Notes: generated by a model not told the origin, from the sequence alone. Shown: positions 1 to 11,891, counted from the whole stretch's first letter. The stretch: 54,501 bases of DNA, filler included, from Catajapyx aquilonaris (GCA_000934665.2; 3 parts of 3 records of this genome joined end to end with filler, not necessarily neighbours in it), one strand, 5' to 3'. Made by a program: numbers and translations.

Positions 1-885
1 CCCCCCCCCCACTTAATTTCTCAACTACCTCTACAATAGCCAAGTACTCGGTGCTAATATACGAAACCCTTGTTCGAACTGCTACTAATATAGCTGCTGA
101 AAGTTGGGATAAGCCGGCAACGGCGCTGTGCGGCTGCGGTGTTGACATACATTCAACATGGCGGCATGTCGTCAGTGCTGTGCTGTGTCGTGGTGAGATT
201 GCCCCTCCAATTTTGACCACCGTTTAAGGGCCGGGAAGCCGCAAACCTATGGGAAAATCGGCTATCCGGATCCTTCTCATCATTTTAAGCCGGACTTGTA
301 GGGTTGTTCCGGTAGCATGGGATGCGTCCTGAAGGGAGGGATAGGGTGGGGGAGGGGGTATGGATCAGGCAGTTTTACACCGGATTTACCCTCCATTTTT
401 TTCCACCTAGTCTTACTTTCCATGCTCAACCATGTTTAAGCTGGATGGTATTGAGCATGGGGATAGGAATTTTGGGTGAAGTATTTTGGGTTTTGTAATT
501 GAAGGGTTGGGTTTGAGCTGGGCCTAGTTGGAGTTGTTGCACACATGATAGCTGTATGCATTTGAAATGCGGCAGGAAACTGGTTGTACAGGACCATGCA
601 TGCCTCTGCAATTGGTGTGAGGTGTGAAGAAGCCAAAGTGGTCGCGTAATGTTTTATGAAATGGAGATAACAGACCTGCACTTGTAGCAGGAAGGTCTAC
701 TATTGCTTTGAATGCTATTAGTGCGGAATAAAAAGGGAAGTGTATTTTCGAGGCGTCCACCTTCTGCACAGTCAACTCAGTTCAGAATCCATAGTGGTTA
801 AATTGAAGCTTTGATTGGCAGTGCTGTTCACATGTAACATGAACATGTTTTGGATGCATATCTATGTTTAAATGAACATAATTAT

Positions 886-1166
886 AATAATTGATACCCC
901 GTGATCAGCCTATCGGCTCTTTAGGGGGGAAGTTTTGTTTCGCCTGGAACTCTTTGTTTTTATTTTACTGCGCTTTTTGGGATAGGATAGGGATGGAAAG
1001 AAGCGGCTGTGGCCTATTAATTACAGAAACAACTCTGGAATTTTCCTGGAAGGACCGTGGGAAACCACAGAAAACCACGGTCAGAGTTGCCGGCACCGGG
1101 ATTTGATACCAGGACCTCCCGATTAGCAGTCGGACACTATATCCCCTCCTCCAAACTGCTTCGGTC
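886..1166 (-). mobile_element. tRNA-derived SINE family A
   Basis: Reverse-strand copy of the element at 19771, with a 15-bp TSD aatgaacataattat at 871-885 and 1167-1181. Confidence 0.9.
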
Positions 1167-2510
1167 AATGAACATAATTATGGGAGATATAGTCATAGGA
1201 CATCCTATAGTGTGGAAAACGAAGTGGCAATCTGACATCATCAAGGTTTCCATGGAATACCCTCACAGAACAATATGAGTAAACAGTAGCAACAAAAAGC
1301 AACAATGGAAGAAACGATGACGTCAGATCGTCATTTGGTTTTCCGCACATTAGATTGCACTTCTGGAAACTCCCACTTTTCAAGTTTCCATGGCGATGCC
1401 CTCATGCGACAATATGAGTAAAACTTGAAAAGAGTTCCAGAAGTCCATTTTAGGATGTCCTTTGAACATATTGCCCCTCCCTGTTGAGTTGTGACAAGCG
1501 TAAAGCACATTTATGTATGCATTATTACAGGTAATATTGGATTCCACATTAATAGTGTGTAAAATAGAAAATTGTGCATTAAAAATGTATGAAGCATCCA
1601 AAGACTAGTGGGGGTGCCATATTTAAAAACAATAATTCAGGTGCCATTTTCTGTGTACAGGAAGTACCTGCTTGACGCTGCTTCATTTTATGCAGTTTCA
1701 CATAACGCCAGTTTGAAACTTACATTTGAAATTTTTTAGGAATTTTGAAAATTTTTGAAAATAACAAACCAATCTAAACATCAATTTTCATCAATTTCAT
1801 CAAATAATCAATTTTCCACACTATTGCCGCACATGAGAAGAATCATGAACGTCTACAATAGAGGAAACACTTCTGAGGTTCTCCAATTCCACAAATACTG
1901 CGATTGACAATAATTTTATAATCCAAATGAACTTAATTATAATCACTTGATTGTACTGAGCAGTTATTGCTCTGTACAGAAAAATCAAGGAAAAATCAGT
2001 GCGAAGGTTCGAAGGAAGGACAGTCATGCGCTGTAACAATTCTGGCAAGTCAATCATGGTTCCAGGTGCAGCCATGCATCACAAAATATTTAGATTAGAT
2101 GTAGCAGTAATGGCATTTAAGTAGAACCTTTCAAACATTCAAGCATTTATAATGCACGTATAATGGTTAAGGTTCCATGTGAAGGGTCATATGGTTCTGA
2201 GGCCACTTTTCCCTTTTGGGAAGAACTGCAATAGACGTAGGGTATTTAACAGACTTCGGAGGGTTCCAATGAGACCAACAATACGGTACTGTATTTATCA
2301 ATAGAACCCGCCACAAGGCACCACGAAAGACAAAAAATAGCATTATTTTGTGGTCTTGCATTTGGACTCAAAAGTGTAGAAGTGTTGTGCTTATGTTCAG
2401 ATTGTGTTGTTATCGTCATATTTTGCACAATTTTTCCATTTAAACATTTTTATAATGTCATTTTCAAACCGGTGTTAACGTAAAACGGGTACCTACTGTA
2501 TTTGATAATT

Positions 2511-3140
2511 GGACGTTGTTATGCAATAATGCGTCAACCGACATGAGAACAGTTTTGAGGAAAAGGGCTTTGAAGGTCATGCAGTTCTGTGAAATTAATT
2601 CAGTGTTCTTTTCGGTCATTTATGGCAGAATTATGCAGATTTCACCTGCGTGATTTTAACTGAATGAAGTAGGATACTTTAGGCCAGTGGTTCTTAGCCC
2701 GGGGTGCCCGCACCTCCAGGGGGTGCGAGGTGGCTTCCCTGGGGGTGCGAGAAAGGTGCACCTATGGACTTAATCTAACCAAGAGCCAATAACTGGCCTA
2801 ATCAATCACCCCTGGTATAGGGGGTGCGACAAGGACCCAATATATTGTCTACAAAGGGGGTGCGGAGGCCCGAAAAGGTTAAGAGCCTCTGCTTTAGGTG
2901 CATGTTCCTGGGCTTGGCTCAATTTTGACATTTTTGTGGGTTGACAAATTATTGCATAACACCGTCCATGCACACCATTCGAGAGTTAACTTTTCGGTCA
3001 TTTGTGGTAGAAGTATGCAGATTTCGCCACCTTGATTCTAACTGAATGAAGTACCGGTACAATCCTTTGGGTGTATGTTCCTGGGCATGACTCTATTTAG
3101 ACATTTTTGTGGGTTGACCCATTAATGCATAACACGGTCC
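2511..3140. mobile_element. Non-autonomous TIR element with AATT TSD (Sola1-like) and internal ~180-bp subrepeats
   Basis: TIR ggac..tgttatgca, aatt on both sides (2507-2510, 3141-3144). Reverse copy at 42063-42476. Confidence 0.7.
2685..2891. mobile_element. hAT (Charlie-like) MITE nested in the element at 2511-3140
   Basis: TIR cagtggttctta / taagagcctctg, 8-bp TSD ctttaggc / ctttaggt. Confidence 0.85.
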
Positions 3141-3333
3141 AATTATCCCTCCGCTTTCGATCACTTCTGTGTACGTTGACTGACACCAAGTTCAACATAT
3201 GTACCAGATACTTCACACGGGTTTGCTGCTATAAAGTAATTAATAAATAACATATTTTGATAATCTATGTAGGTAAGGCAAAAAAAAATGTGCCTGTGGC
3301 AACAGAGTTTTGTTGCTGATTACCATAGAAACA

Positions 3334-3363
3334 GGCCGTGCGAAGAACGGGTGCCACTGCTAG
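3334..3363 (+). mobile_element. Helitron 3' terminus
   Basis: ccgtgcgaagaacgg hairpin followed about 10 nt later by CTAG|T. Confidence 0.55.
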
Positions 3364-3393
3364 TTCTGTGATATATGCAAGATATATGAATGT

Positions 3394-3425
<32 letters not shown>
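3394..3425. repeat. (ATG)n microsatellite
   Basis: Read directly from the sequence. Confidence 0.95.
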
Positions 3426-4105
3426 ACACTGAACACCTATCCCTATAATGCTTACATCAAGTCAAGGTGAGGTGGAGGGCCCATATTCAAAGCTGAAAGA
3501 TCTGTATATGAAGAATGGTTGGTTTAGTTTGGTTTATTCGGAAGAAGCCAAAGCAACTATGGCTATCTGGCTATAGAAGACACAAAGGTGGGACAGATGG
3601 TGAGAGAAACGAAGAGGAAAAAGGAGACGTGAAAAATACTAGCCGTTTTGGTGTAGAGAAAATTATTTTACTCTGCCAAGTCATACAAGTTAACATTGCA
3701 CTATATCTTCATTTTTTCACATGTGTGACGAGCCTAATATCAGAGGACAAAGTCTCATTTCAGAAAAGCTTAACACAAAATAATGTTTTGTCTAACTGCA
3801 AAAGGCAGTTCTCAGCCACCCGACAGTGTTTGCTTTCAAAGTTTGAAATCACTCTGCAGATCTGTTGGAAAAATGTGGACTTACTCCCATTGGCTTCTGT
3901 CTGTTCTCTGAGTAGTGGAAATTGGGGCTTGAAAGTTGAGAATTTGCAACTTTTAGACTTTTTCGCATCATCAAAAAGTCTTAGGCCACTTGTACACGAG
4001 GCCACCATGGCAGCGCCGCCGCATAAATTAGGTGACGCTGCTCTGGTGACATGTTGCAGATTTGTTAGCCACCATGGTCGTGTTGCCAGCTGAGATGCAA
4101 TCTCA

Positions 4106-4184
4106 AGGGCGGTTCACAAATAAAAAATCGTGCGATTTGGCCGCTGCGGCCAAATCGCACGACTTTTTATTTGTGAACCGCGCT
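4106..4184. mobile_element. 79-bp hairpin MITE, PIF/Harbinger-like
   Basis: Arms of ~39 bp with 2 mismatches and a 1-nt loop, 3-bp TSD tca. Confidence 0.75.
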
Positions 4185-4419
4185 TCAAAATGCATGTCTG
4201 GCTGCCGCAAAGTCACGTCTTGTGTGAAAGGCTCCCTATGATTCAGTGCAAACACGTGGCAGAGCGGCCAGCTGGCAGCACCGAAAATCGCCCTGCCCCC
4301 CACCAGTATTTCTGGCGGCGCATGGGCGCGTGGCTACCACTACGTGTGAAACGCTACACTTGCAGCAATGCAAAGACCTGGCCGTGCCGCCATGGTGGCT
4401 TAGTGTGAAAGAGACATTA

Positions 4420-4572
4420 TAGAATGGCTCTGTCTGTCCTGCGGTCCTAAACCGCAAGAGAGAGAGATAGTGGCAAACGGTTTACAGATTTGGATTCAGA
4501 GGACCCGAAGTAGGTTTCATGGTCAACTTCCGGTGACCGGCCACTTCCAGTTTTCCGGGTACACTATCCACC
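4420..4572 (+). repeat. Interspersed repeat shared with ~28754-28885
   Basis: Both carry ggctctgtc...cctaaac...gagatag...aacttccgg...ttttccgggt.cact. Confidence 0.6.
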
Positions 4573-4867
4573 AAGGTCAAGTCTATGGGCAGGTGTTCTT
4601 TGGTTCCTCCTTGGCAACGAGACATTAGACCAGTGACATTCAGTCGTTGTTGCGCCATTTAATTTCCCTGGCAATGAGAAAAAGTATACTTGAATCATGC
4701 TAGTGTGATTTGCCAATCTTGTTTTTGCATTTCAAATGGCCACTGAAGTTGCTAGGAAAGTGGCAGAAATTTAACAAATTTTCATGACAATTACAAATGG
4801 TTGTTGATGATCATTTATTTCAACGAAATTAAAAATCCATGCTGGCATGAGAGAGATTCCTCATGTA

Positions 4868-5385
4868 CCGTATTACCTCACATAAAGCGGCATGCCGGTG
4901 TAGCCGAGGTCGACCAGTTTTTCGAAATGCACAATCTGGTGGCTATTTCAGCATGCCGGTATAAGCCGAGGTTTTCACATAAGTTACATTATCCTTTTCG
5001 AACTTGACATTTTCCTGGAAAATCGAAATTCACGTAAAGGTTATCGAAAAGGCACATTTTCCTAATATATTGTATTCAATTGCAATGTCTGGCAATAATT
5101 GCTATTTAAAAGCAGACTGATGATGGGATTGGTCACACAATCTACATTTTTAATATGCACTATGCAACAGAACTTGCATATTCTCACAGGCTGTACACTC
5201 GCCCATTTTCATTGTAACATAATATTTCAGTACGGTACTAGAAGCATTCCATTAAAAAATGACAAGGATGAAAATTACGGAAGTCTACCTCGGTTATTGT
5301 GGCATGCCGGCCACCCCCGGGTTATACCGGGATGCTGGTGGACCTTGTTTTATACCGGCATGCCGCTTTATGTGAGGTAATACAG
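4868..5385. mobile_element. Tc1/mariner-pogo-type MITE
   Basis: TIR ccgtattacctcacataaagcggcatgccggt, TA TSD. Confidence 0.85.
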
Positions 5386-5525
5386 TAATACCCCATTTGT
5401 GGTGTTGCCACATTGCACAACCAGCATTTAATCTATTAATATCAGTTAACCCCGCGACGATGACGTGGGCACCTTTGGTGACCAAGTCACATGTTCTGTT
5501 ATAACATGGGAAATACGTCACATTT

Positions 5526-5826
5526 GAGGGGAGGCGGAGTGGTGCTGTGGTAAAGTATGTGCCCATGGATGGAAGGGTCCCGGGTTCGATCCCAGCCCGG
5601 GGTCTCCCCTCTTAATGTCGTGCAGAGTTGGGTCATTTCTGGCTTCGTCTTGGGTGGAATGTCCGATAGACTAATCAACCGGGGGAGTTCACAAAATGTA
5701 CCGTTTGAGACATTGCACTTGCACTTTGCACATCCCCTCCCAGTCACCCTGCCCTTGGACCAGGGCGATTCATAAAAAGGTTCCCCCAAAAGGACCCAAT
5801 CATGGCTTGATTCCTTCTTCAATAAA
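5526..5826 (+). mobile_element. tRNA-derived SINE family B
   Basis: Head ggggaggcggagtggtgctgtggtaa with B box ggttcgatccc. Homologous copies at 34258 and 44199. Confidence 0.85.
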
Positions 5827-6127
5827 TGGCATTTAGTTCATATTTTTTGAGCAAATAGTACAATCAGAAAAAAATCATTCATGCACTGATGGGTAGTTGG
5901 GACCATAATGTGCCTGCGTCACCAAGGCTGCACCAGTTTCCTTTCAAGAACCCACAATCAGTGTTTGTCAGGTGTTGTTTGTCTATTTTGTGACATCGCT
6001 GGAAGGCTGGCTTCATTTTGGAACAACTTCATATTTCCTCTGCAAAATTCATCCTATGAAGGATCGTATGAAATTGTATTTTTAAAACTTCATCGGACCT
6101 TTAAAAAGCAGGCTATGACAGTTTGGA

Positions 6128-6485
6128 AAAAAATCGGCAGTAAAACTCCCGAAAACTATTCTTCCTCTGGGTGAGATTAAAAGTAAGAAACAAGTCCATA
6201 GGTGGGGGTTGGTTCGTGTCATGGGGATGTGTGATAATTAAAATTAATTCAAAACATATGTGCTTTGGGGCTGGGAAGAACTAGGCAGATATTGCTTTTA
6301 TGTACTCCTCCGACTCTCATACTGTGCCTAATTCTTCCCAGCCCCAAAGCACGAATGTTTTGAATTAAATTTAATTATCACACATCCCCGTGACACAACC
6401 GACCCCCACCTATGGACTTGTTTCTTACTTTTAATCTCACCCCGGAGAGGAAGAATAGTTTTTGGAAGTGTTACTGCCTATTTTT
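6128..6485. repeat. Foldback inverted repeat with ~160-bp arms
   Basis: 6128-6289 pairs with ~6323-6485 with few mismatches. No clear TSD. Confidence 0.85.
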
Positions 6486-7699
6486 ATTGAATTCTTTTCA
6501 TCATCAGAATAAAGTAATGTAAAGATATCTTAGGTATTTTAATTATTATTAAGAGCCTCTGCATTGACTCGTAGACGAGTACATGATGGGTTTTTCTGTG
6601 GTACAGAAAGAGCGAGAGCCACAAAACTGACACTATTGAAATCGCCTCGTAACTCAAAAAGGAAAGGTTTTTCTCAAAAAAAGGTAGGCAGAAGGGCACT
6701 TCCTGGGAACATTGCGGTTCTAATGAAAAATTGTATGACCCTCTACGACGCACCATTTTGGCTGTACCCTTGTCGAAGTAACGACACATTTTTGAACTTT
6801 GACCCTGGCAAGTGATCCCGGTAATGGCCCTGGTTGTTGTTTATCTATCTAAAGTTGGTAACTGGAGTGAGCGGAGTGTAAATCTTGTTTCCGATTTGAA
6901 ATCGATTAACCCGATCGCGAGTTATGAAGTCGGCAAATTTACATAGGGAGCATAGCGATAACCCACTATTCCTTTTTCGCGGGCCGGTTGCCCCGCGAAG
7001 AGGGGCAACCGGCAGGGGGAATTGGTGGGCCCTGCATGCAGGGAGGAAGAATAGAAAAATTGGGATGCTTCAAATTGAAGATATGAATTTTCTAAGGTAG
7101 AAATTGTCTCAGGTTCACATCACCATGGGTGACCTCATGAGTAAACAAAATCAACAATGATTGTGTATCCACATGTTTGTGGATATTATATTCCTCAGCA
7201 ACATATGATCGTGCTTTACTGTTGAATGTGATTGTGTCCAAAGGAGAGGACCTCTCTTGCTTTCTCTGGAGCATTTCCAGGATCTTGCAGGTTAAATAAG
7301 AGTGTCTAGTACTAATTGAAGTGGGTTGCAAGTGAGTTCATGAGTGCATGTATTTTTATTTTACTCTCAGTTGTCAGGGATATATCTGTCTGATGAAGTA
7401 CCCTCTTCTGCCACTGAAGACTCGATTTAGTGTAGCATGTAGCTGATTGAGGTAGAGTTTGACATCCTCAGAAAGAAACCTGTAAAGGCTTTTGACATTG
7501 GCCAGTTTCGAAGTCTTCATGATTTGGGTGGTTGGTGATACACTGCACTCCCACTTATCCAGGCTAACGGCTGCACGGGTGTCGCCGGATCGAATAATCA
7601 GAAAACACGGATAATCAGGAAATGGTCCTACATACCATAAAATGAGCTATTTGTAGGTTTTAAATGAATTACTGTATGTCTACATACTGTATTCTGCTT

Positions 7700-8392
7700 C
7701 AACTCGAATTAGGCGGGCGGTTTTTTCGCGTTCTTGCAAGGATATGCAAGAAATTCGCTTGTGTTGTCATTTGAGGGACCATGCGGACTAATCTAGTGTG
7801 TAACATCGTATAGTGTCAAGGCTTGATCTTGAGGCCATCTACCATGCCATATTATGCGGAGATTTAAATTCTTAAGCGCAACATATGGCGCTGGGGGTGC
7901 GTTTCACGTCTACGTATCTATTTCTTTAATTTTCTGTCACTCTCCTACACTATGTGGGTCTGTTGTCCTGGCGCTGCTGAACAGACCAGTACACATGAGT
8001 AATACGTCACACAATGGACATCTGAGCTACAGAGAGAAACATACACCCCCACCAGGGTGGAGTAATGTCTCACTCCACACAGCTGTTCCAAAGCCCCACT
8101 GGGTGCCGGCCCCTCCATCTTGCGGACAGCTGGGGCTTGGGGAGGGTGTGGCCGGCCGCGTCACTAATTGGCAATTACGAACATTATTTATTTATTTTAA
8201 AACTATTGAATTATCTTTTGCACTAATTTTAGGGTGGAATCCAGGGATGGAAAAAGAACCGCTTCCTTCCAAGAAGCGCTTCTTTTTTCCATGTGCAGGG
8301 ATGGAAAAAGAACCGCTTCCTCCCAAAGAAGCGGTTATTTTTCCATCCCTGGTGGAATCTCTTGAGGTTTGGGGCAACTCTATATGCCAAAA
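7700..8392 (+). repeat. Interspersed repeat, paralogue of 13815-14394 and host of two nested insertions
   Basis: Colinear similarity over ~580 bp with 13815-14394, continuing at 9743-9754. Confidence 0.8.
8242..8351. mobile_element. 110-bp hAT-type MITE
   Basis: TIR cagggatggaaaaa, perfect 8-bp TSD gtggaatc at 8234-8241 and 8352-8359, empty site at ~14338-14345. Confidence 0.9.
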
Positions 8393-9742
8393 GGACATGG
8401 CACAAAAAGTATGGGCCAGTGGCCTTCCGTTCGATTTGCCTGAAAATGGGATGTGTTGTAGCCCAGACCATCCTGAACAATGTTAGATAGGGACATTTCG
8501 AGGTAGGACCTACAGGGAGCGTGCTAATGACCTCCGAAGGTAATATGGGGAGTAGTAGACTACAATAATCTTGTCTCCAGGAACTCAATGGTTATTGCAT
8601 GAAATTAACAATTAATCTTTATTACCGAGTCTTCTGGTTCACATTCTACTCCTTGAAGGTTGTCATCTGGAGTTTCCTCCAGCTGCACTTCAACATCCAT
8701 TAGGTCAATGTAAGGAAGGTTTCTCTCACCACAGTCTTCCATGGTATTGAGTAGCTTTCTCGACGGATAGCCGATATTTTCCTGGTGTCTAGCAAAACCT
8801 AGATACCACAAGTCACTTGCCACGTGAGCACAACAGCCAAGCGTTCGACCTCCTGCCTTACACTTGCAGTACCATCCAAGAATTGGCTCAAATCCATCGT
8901 CTTCATTGTCGCCGTTCTGTTGATCATACAGAGCATCTTTGTAAGTAATATCTCAATGGACCATTCTGAATATTTATCAAGTTTATCCTGAACATAGGAC
9001 TTCGCAAGTTTGACTTGGTACACTCCGTATGTTAGGTTCCTTAAATCAAACTAGTGAAGTCCTATGTTCAGGGTAAACTTGATAAATATTCAGAATGGTC
9101 CATTGAGATTTTACTACAAGAGCCAGGTTTCCTGAGAGCCAGAATTTACTCCAGGTTTTCCAACTCCACCAAATACAATCTGTGGATTGCTTACAAAGAT
9201 GCTCCGTATGATCAACAGAACGGCGACAATGAAGACGATGGATTTGAGCCAATTCTTGGATGGTACTGCAAGTGCAAGACAGGAGCTCGAACGCTTGGCT
9301 GTTGTGCTCACGTGGCAAGTGACTTGTGGTATCTAGGTTTTGCTAGACACCAGGAAAATATCGGCTATCCGTCGAGGAAGCTACTCAATACCATGGAAGA
9401 CTGTGGTGAGAGAAACCTTCCTTACATTGACCTAATGGATGTTGAAGTGCAGCTGGAGGAAACTCCAGATGACAACCTTCAAGGAGTAGAATGTGAACCA
9501 GAAGACTCGGTAATAAAGAGTAATTGTTAATTTCATGCAATAACCATTGAGTTCCTGGAGACAAGATTATTGTAGTCTACTACTCCCCATATTACCTTCG
9601 GAGGTCATTAGCATGCTCCCTGTAGGTCCTACCTGGAAATGTCCCTTTCTAACATTGGTCAGGATGGTCTGGGCTACAACACATCCCATTTTCAGGCAAA
9701 TCGAACGGAAGGCCACTGGCCCATACTTTCTGTGCCATGCCC
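8393..9742. mobile_element. Foldback DNA transposon derivative, Spy-like (no TSD, inserted at AAA|TTT)
   Basis: Inverted arms 8393-9013 and 9046-9742 around a 32-bp spacer, GG...CC termini. Flanks ccaaaa| and |tttgctggccaa are contiguous at the paralogous empty site 14377-14394. Confidence 0.8.
9054..9530 (+). pseudogene. Transposase C-terminal fragment with SWIM-type zinc finger (WYCKCKTGARTLGCCAHVAS)
   Basis: Open frame with a CxC...CxH motif, no ATG start. A mirrored copy with a deletion and frameshift lies on the - strand at ~8605-9010. Confidence 0.75.
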
Positions 9743-9803
9743 TTTGCTGGCCAAGGTCATACCCTTTTTTATATAAAAAAGGGTATGACCTTGGCCAGCA
9801 AAG
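9742..9803. repeat. Perfect 62-bp palindrome
   Basis: ctttgctggccaaggtcatacccttttttat|ataaaaaagggtatgaccttggccagcaaag. Confidence 0.95.
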
Positions 9804-10091
9804 TGTTTTTTGCAAACCACCAGTACTTACATCTACTCATACATACTGATGCAACACACCTGAGTGACGTGAGATGCGCATGGGGCACTTCAGAACATGC
9901 CTGGCACCCAATGCTAGTTTTGGTGCATAGATCCCCCATAAATTTTTTTTTGGTGTTTGGCTTTTGGGTTTTTAGAGTTTTGGAAAAGAGATTGTCAACC
10001 TCTCTCTCTTCTATCACTAAATTGAACTGTAGTTCACTTTAGGTTATGTGATTGTAATTATAGTGCTAATATATATTTTTCTTCTTTTCAG

Positions 10092-10247
10092 CCTACAGAC
10101 TTCTTAGTTTACCATCCCTCCCAGAGCAACGATCAACCTTTTACCATCAAATCGCCGCTTTACAACCTTCCCGAACTTCCAGAAAGAAAGAAAAACCCCT
10201 TCAAAATTATCGTAATCGCAGAAGTCTAACTTGAACAACAACAATAA
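10092..10247 (+). other. Putative non-coding 5' UTR exon of Unr/CSDE1
   Basis: Strong acceptor (tttttcttcttttcag ending 10091) and a gtaagc donor at 10248, in a TE-free A/C-rich stretch upstream of the coding exon. No transcript evidence. Confidence 0.35.
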
Positions 10248-11081
10248 GTAAGCACGTTAATACTTACCATCGTCAACACAGCAATTTTTAAAAAAAGAAA
10301 AAAGTCGCAACACCAAAAAGTGAAACGATACAAAAAAGTAAGATTTATACGTACATAAGTTAACAGCAACGCAAACGAGAAATCCGAAGACACCACCAGC
10401 ACGCATTGAGGACATCTGAGGATTAGTCTGTAACAAAAAAAAAAAAAACAGCAAATTTTTTGACTCACTGCTAACATCCCTTATCATTACTCACCCTTTG
10501 TATTGTATTCTTCCCCATCCCCCAAAAAATAATCATGGGCTCAAGTTGCGTTTAAAAACACTCGATCTCGGATTTAAAAGGAAGAAAACAGCACCCCCCT
10601 TTCTCCTATCTCCCCTCCCCATCTCCCACTTTTTTTTAAAGAACTCATCCCTTCCCAAAGCCCCATTTTTATTCTGCCAATCAGTGACCGAGATCATATA
10701 TATGCAAAAAGAAAAGTGAGAACGTGAACAAGAGTCGTATGATTGCGAGAGTGTGATTGAATTGATTGATTGATTGAGAGACTGGAAATGCATTTTTTTC
10801 GTGGGAAACCGATGCTGTGATATAACTCCCCAGTCAAGTGAATCAAGAGAGAAAAAAAAAAAGTTAGAAAAGATTTGTAGCTACCTGTAATTTTTTGTCA
10901 TTTGTTGTTGTTTATTTTGATCCTTCGCTTGTAACCTTCAACCTGACCGAACCTAACCTTTGTTCCCTGTACCTACCTGACACCCAGAAGAAAATCTACG
11001 AATGTGCACCCATGTTACAACAACAAAAGCAGCCCCAGCAAAAGAGTTAACAAGCAATTAAAAAGACAGACATCAATCAAG

Positions 11082-11289
11082 ATGTCGTCAAATCCTCAGT
11101 GGAGTTCCTTCCAGCCGCCAATTATGAACTCTGACAGTGCAATACTTGAATTCAAATCAGTCCTGCAGCAGCAGAACCCTGCGAGCAGTGGTGCATCCTC
11201 TTCCCCACAGAGCAACTCCTACGGCAGCCCTCCCAATGGCACTTATGGAATGTTTGGGAGGAAGGACAGCACTGGAGGCAACAGTGGAG
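11082..11289 (+). CDS. CSDE1: Cold shock domain-containing protein E1 (Unr), coding exon 1 (MSSNPQWSSFQPPIMNSDSAILEFKS...)
   Basis: ATG at 11082, donor ag|gtgagt at 11290 (phase 1) matching the phase of the next exon. N-terminus resembles insect Unr starts as I recall them. Likely acceptor at 10987 (branch-like cctaac, pyrimidine tract, cacccag). Confidence 0.8.
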
Positions 11290-11660
11290 GTGAGTAGATT
11301 TTGTAAATAATTTCAGAAATATCTCCCTGGCCAGGTGAATCCTTATGGTTGACAAAATTCAGTGGAACCAACTTTACATGAAAAACTTAAATGTTCTCAG
11401 TTCCTGATACAATGAAACTTGCCTATTACATCATATTATGAAGGCAGTAGAAACTTGCCCATTGACTTTTAGTAGTTTGTTGAAGATCCCGATCTTAGCC
11501 GTGATCGTATAGTGGTTAGTAGTTTGTTGAATGTGACAACCCAATTTTGTCTGTCATTTTTGAACTCGCAACACCAATGCTGCCCTCCTGAACATGATGT
11601 TTGCATACAAGGGAACAGTTTCTAGTGAATGTCAGATCCAGAGGGTGCGTTAGTCTAATT

Positions 11661-11891
11661 GAAGACCTGGGGGGGTGGGGGGGAAACGATCAAGGTCCAC
11701 TTTTTGTCAAAAATGACATATCTCAGCAGAGAAAGTCACTAGCGTAGAATATGATGGTTTGGTCATGATTCACTATGGAAGGCCCCGAAAGTGGGATTTA
11801 CAATGGAGCCTTATGGGCCTTTGAAATTTAAAATGGGGTATCTGTTTCATCTGAGGTGGACCTTGATCGTTTTTTTTTTCCTTAGGTCTTC
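11661..11891. mobile_element. MITE with GAAG...CTTC ends and AATT TSD (Sola1-like)
   Basis: TIR gaagacct...gatcaaggtccac, aatt on both sides. Reverse copy at 24572-24808 and a partial end at ~14963-15008. Confidence 0.8.

Noticed and set aside
3515..4093. 192-aa ORF (also 7854-8486, 11894-12364, 29295-29783 and most other track ORFs)
   Set aside because: No recognisable motifs or splice context. Many overlap MITEs or SINEs, or appear twice only because of inverted repeats.
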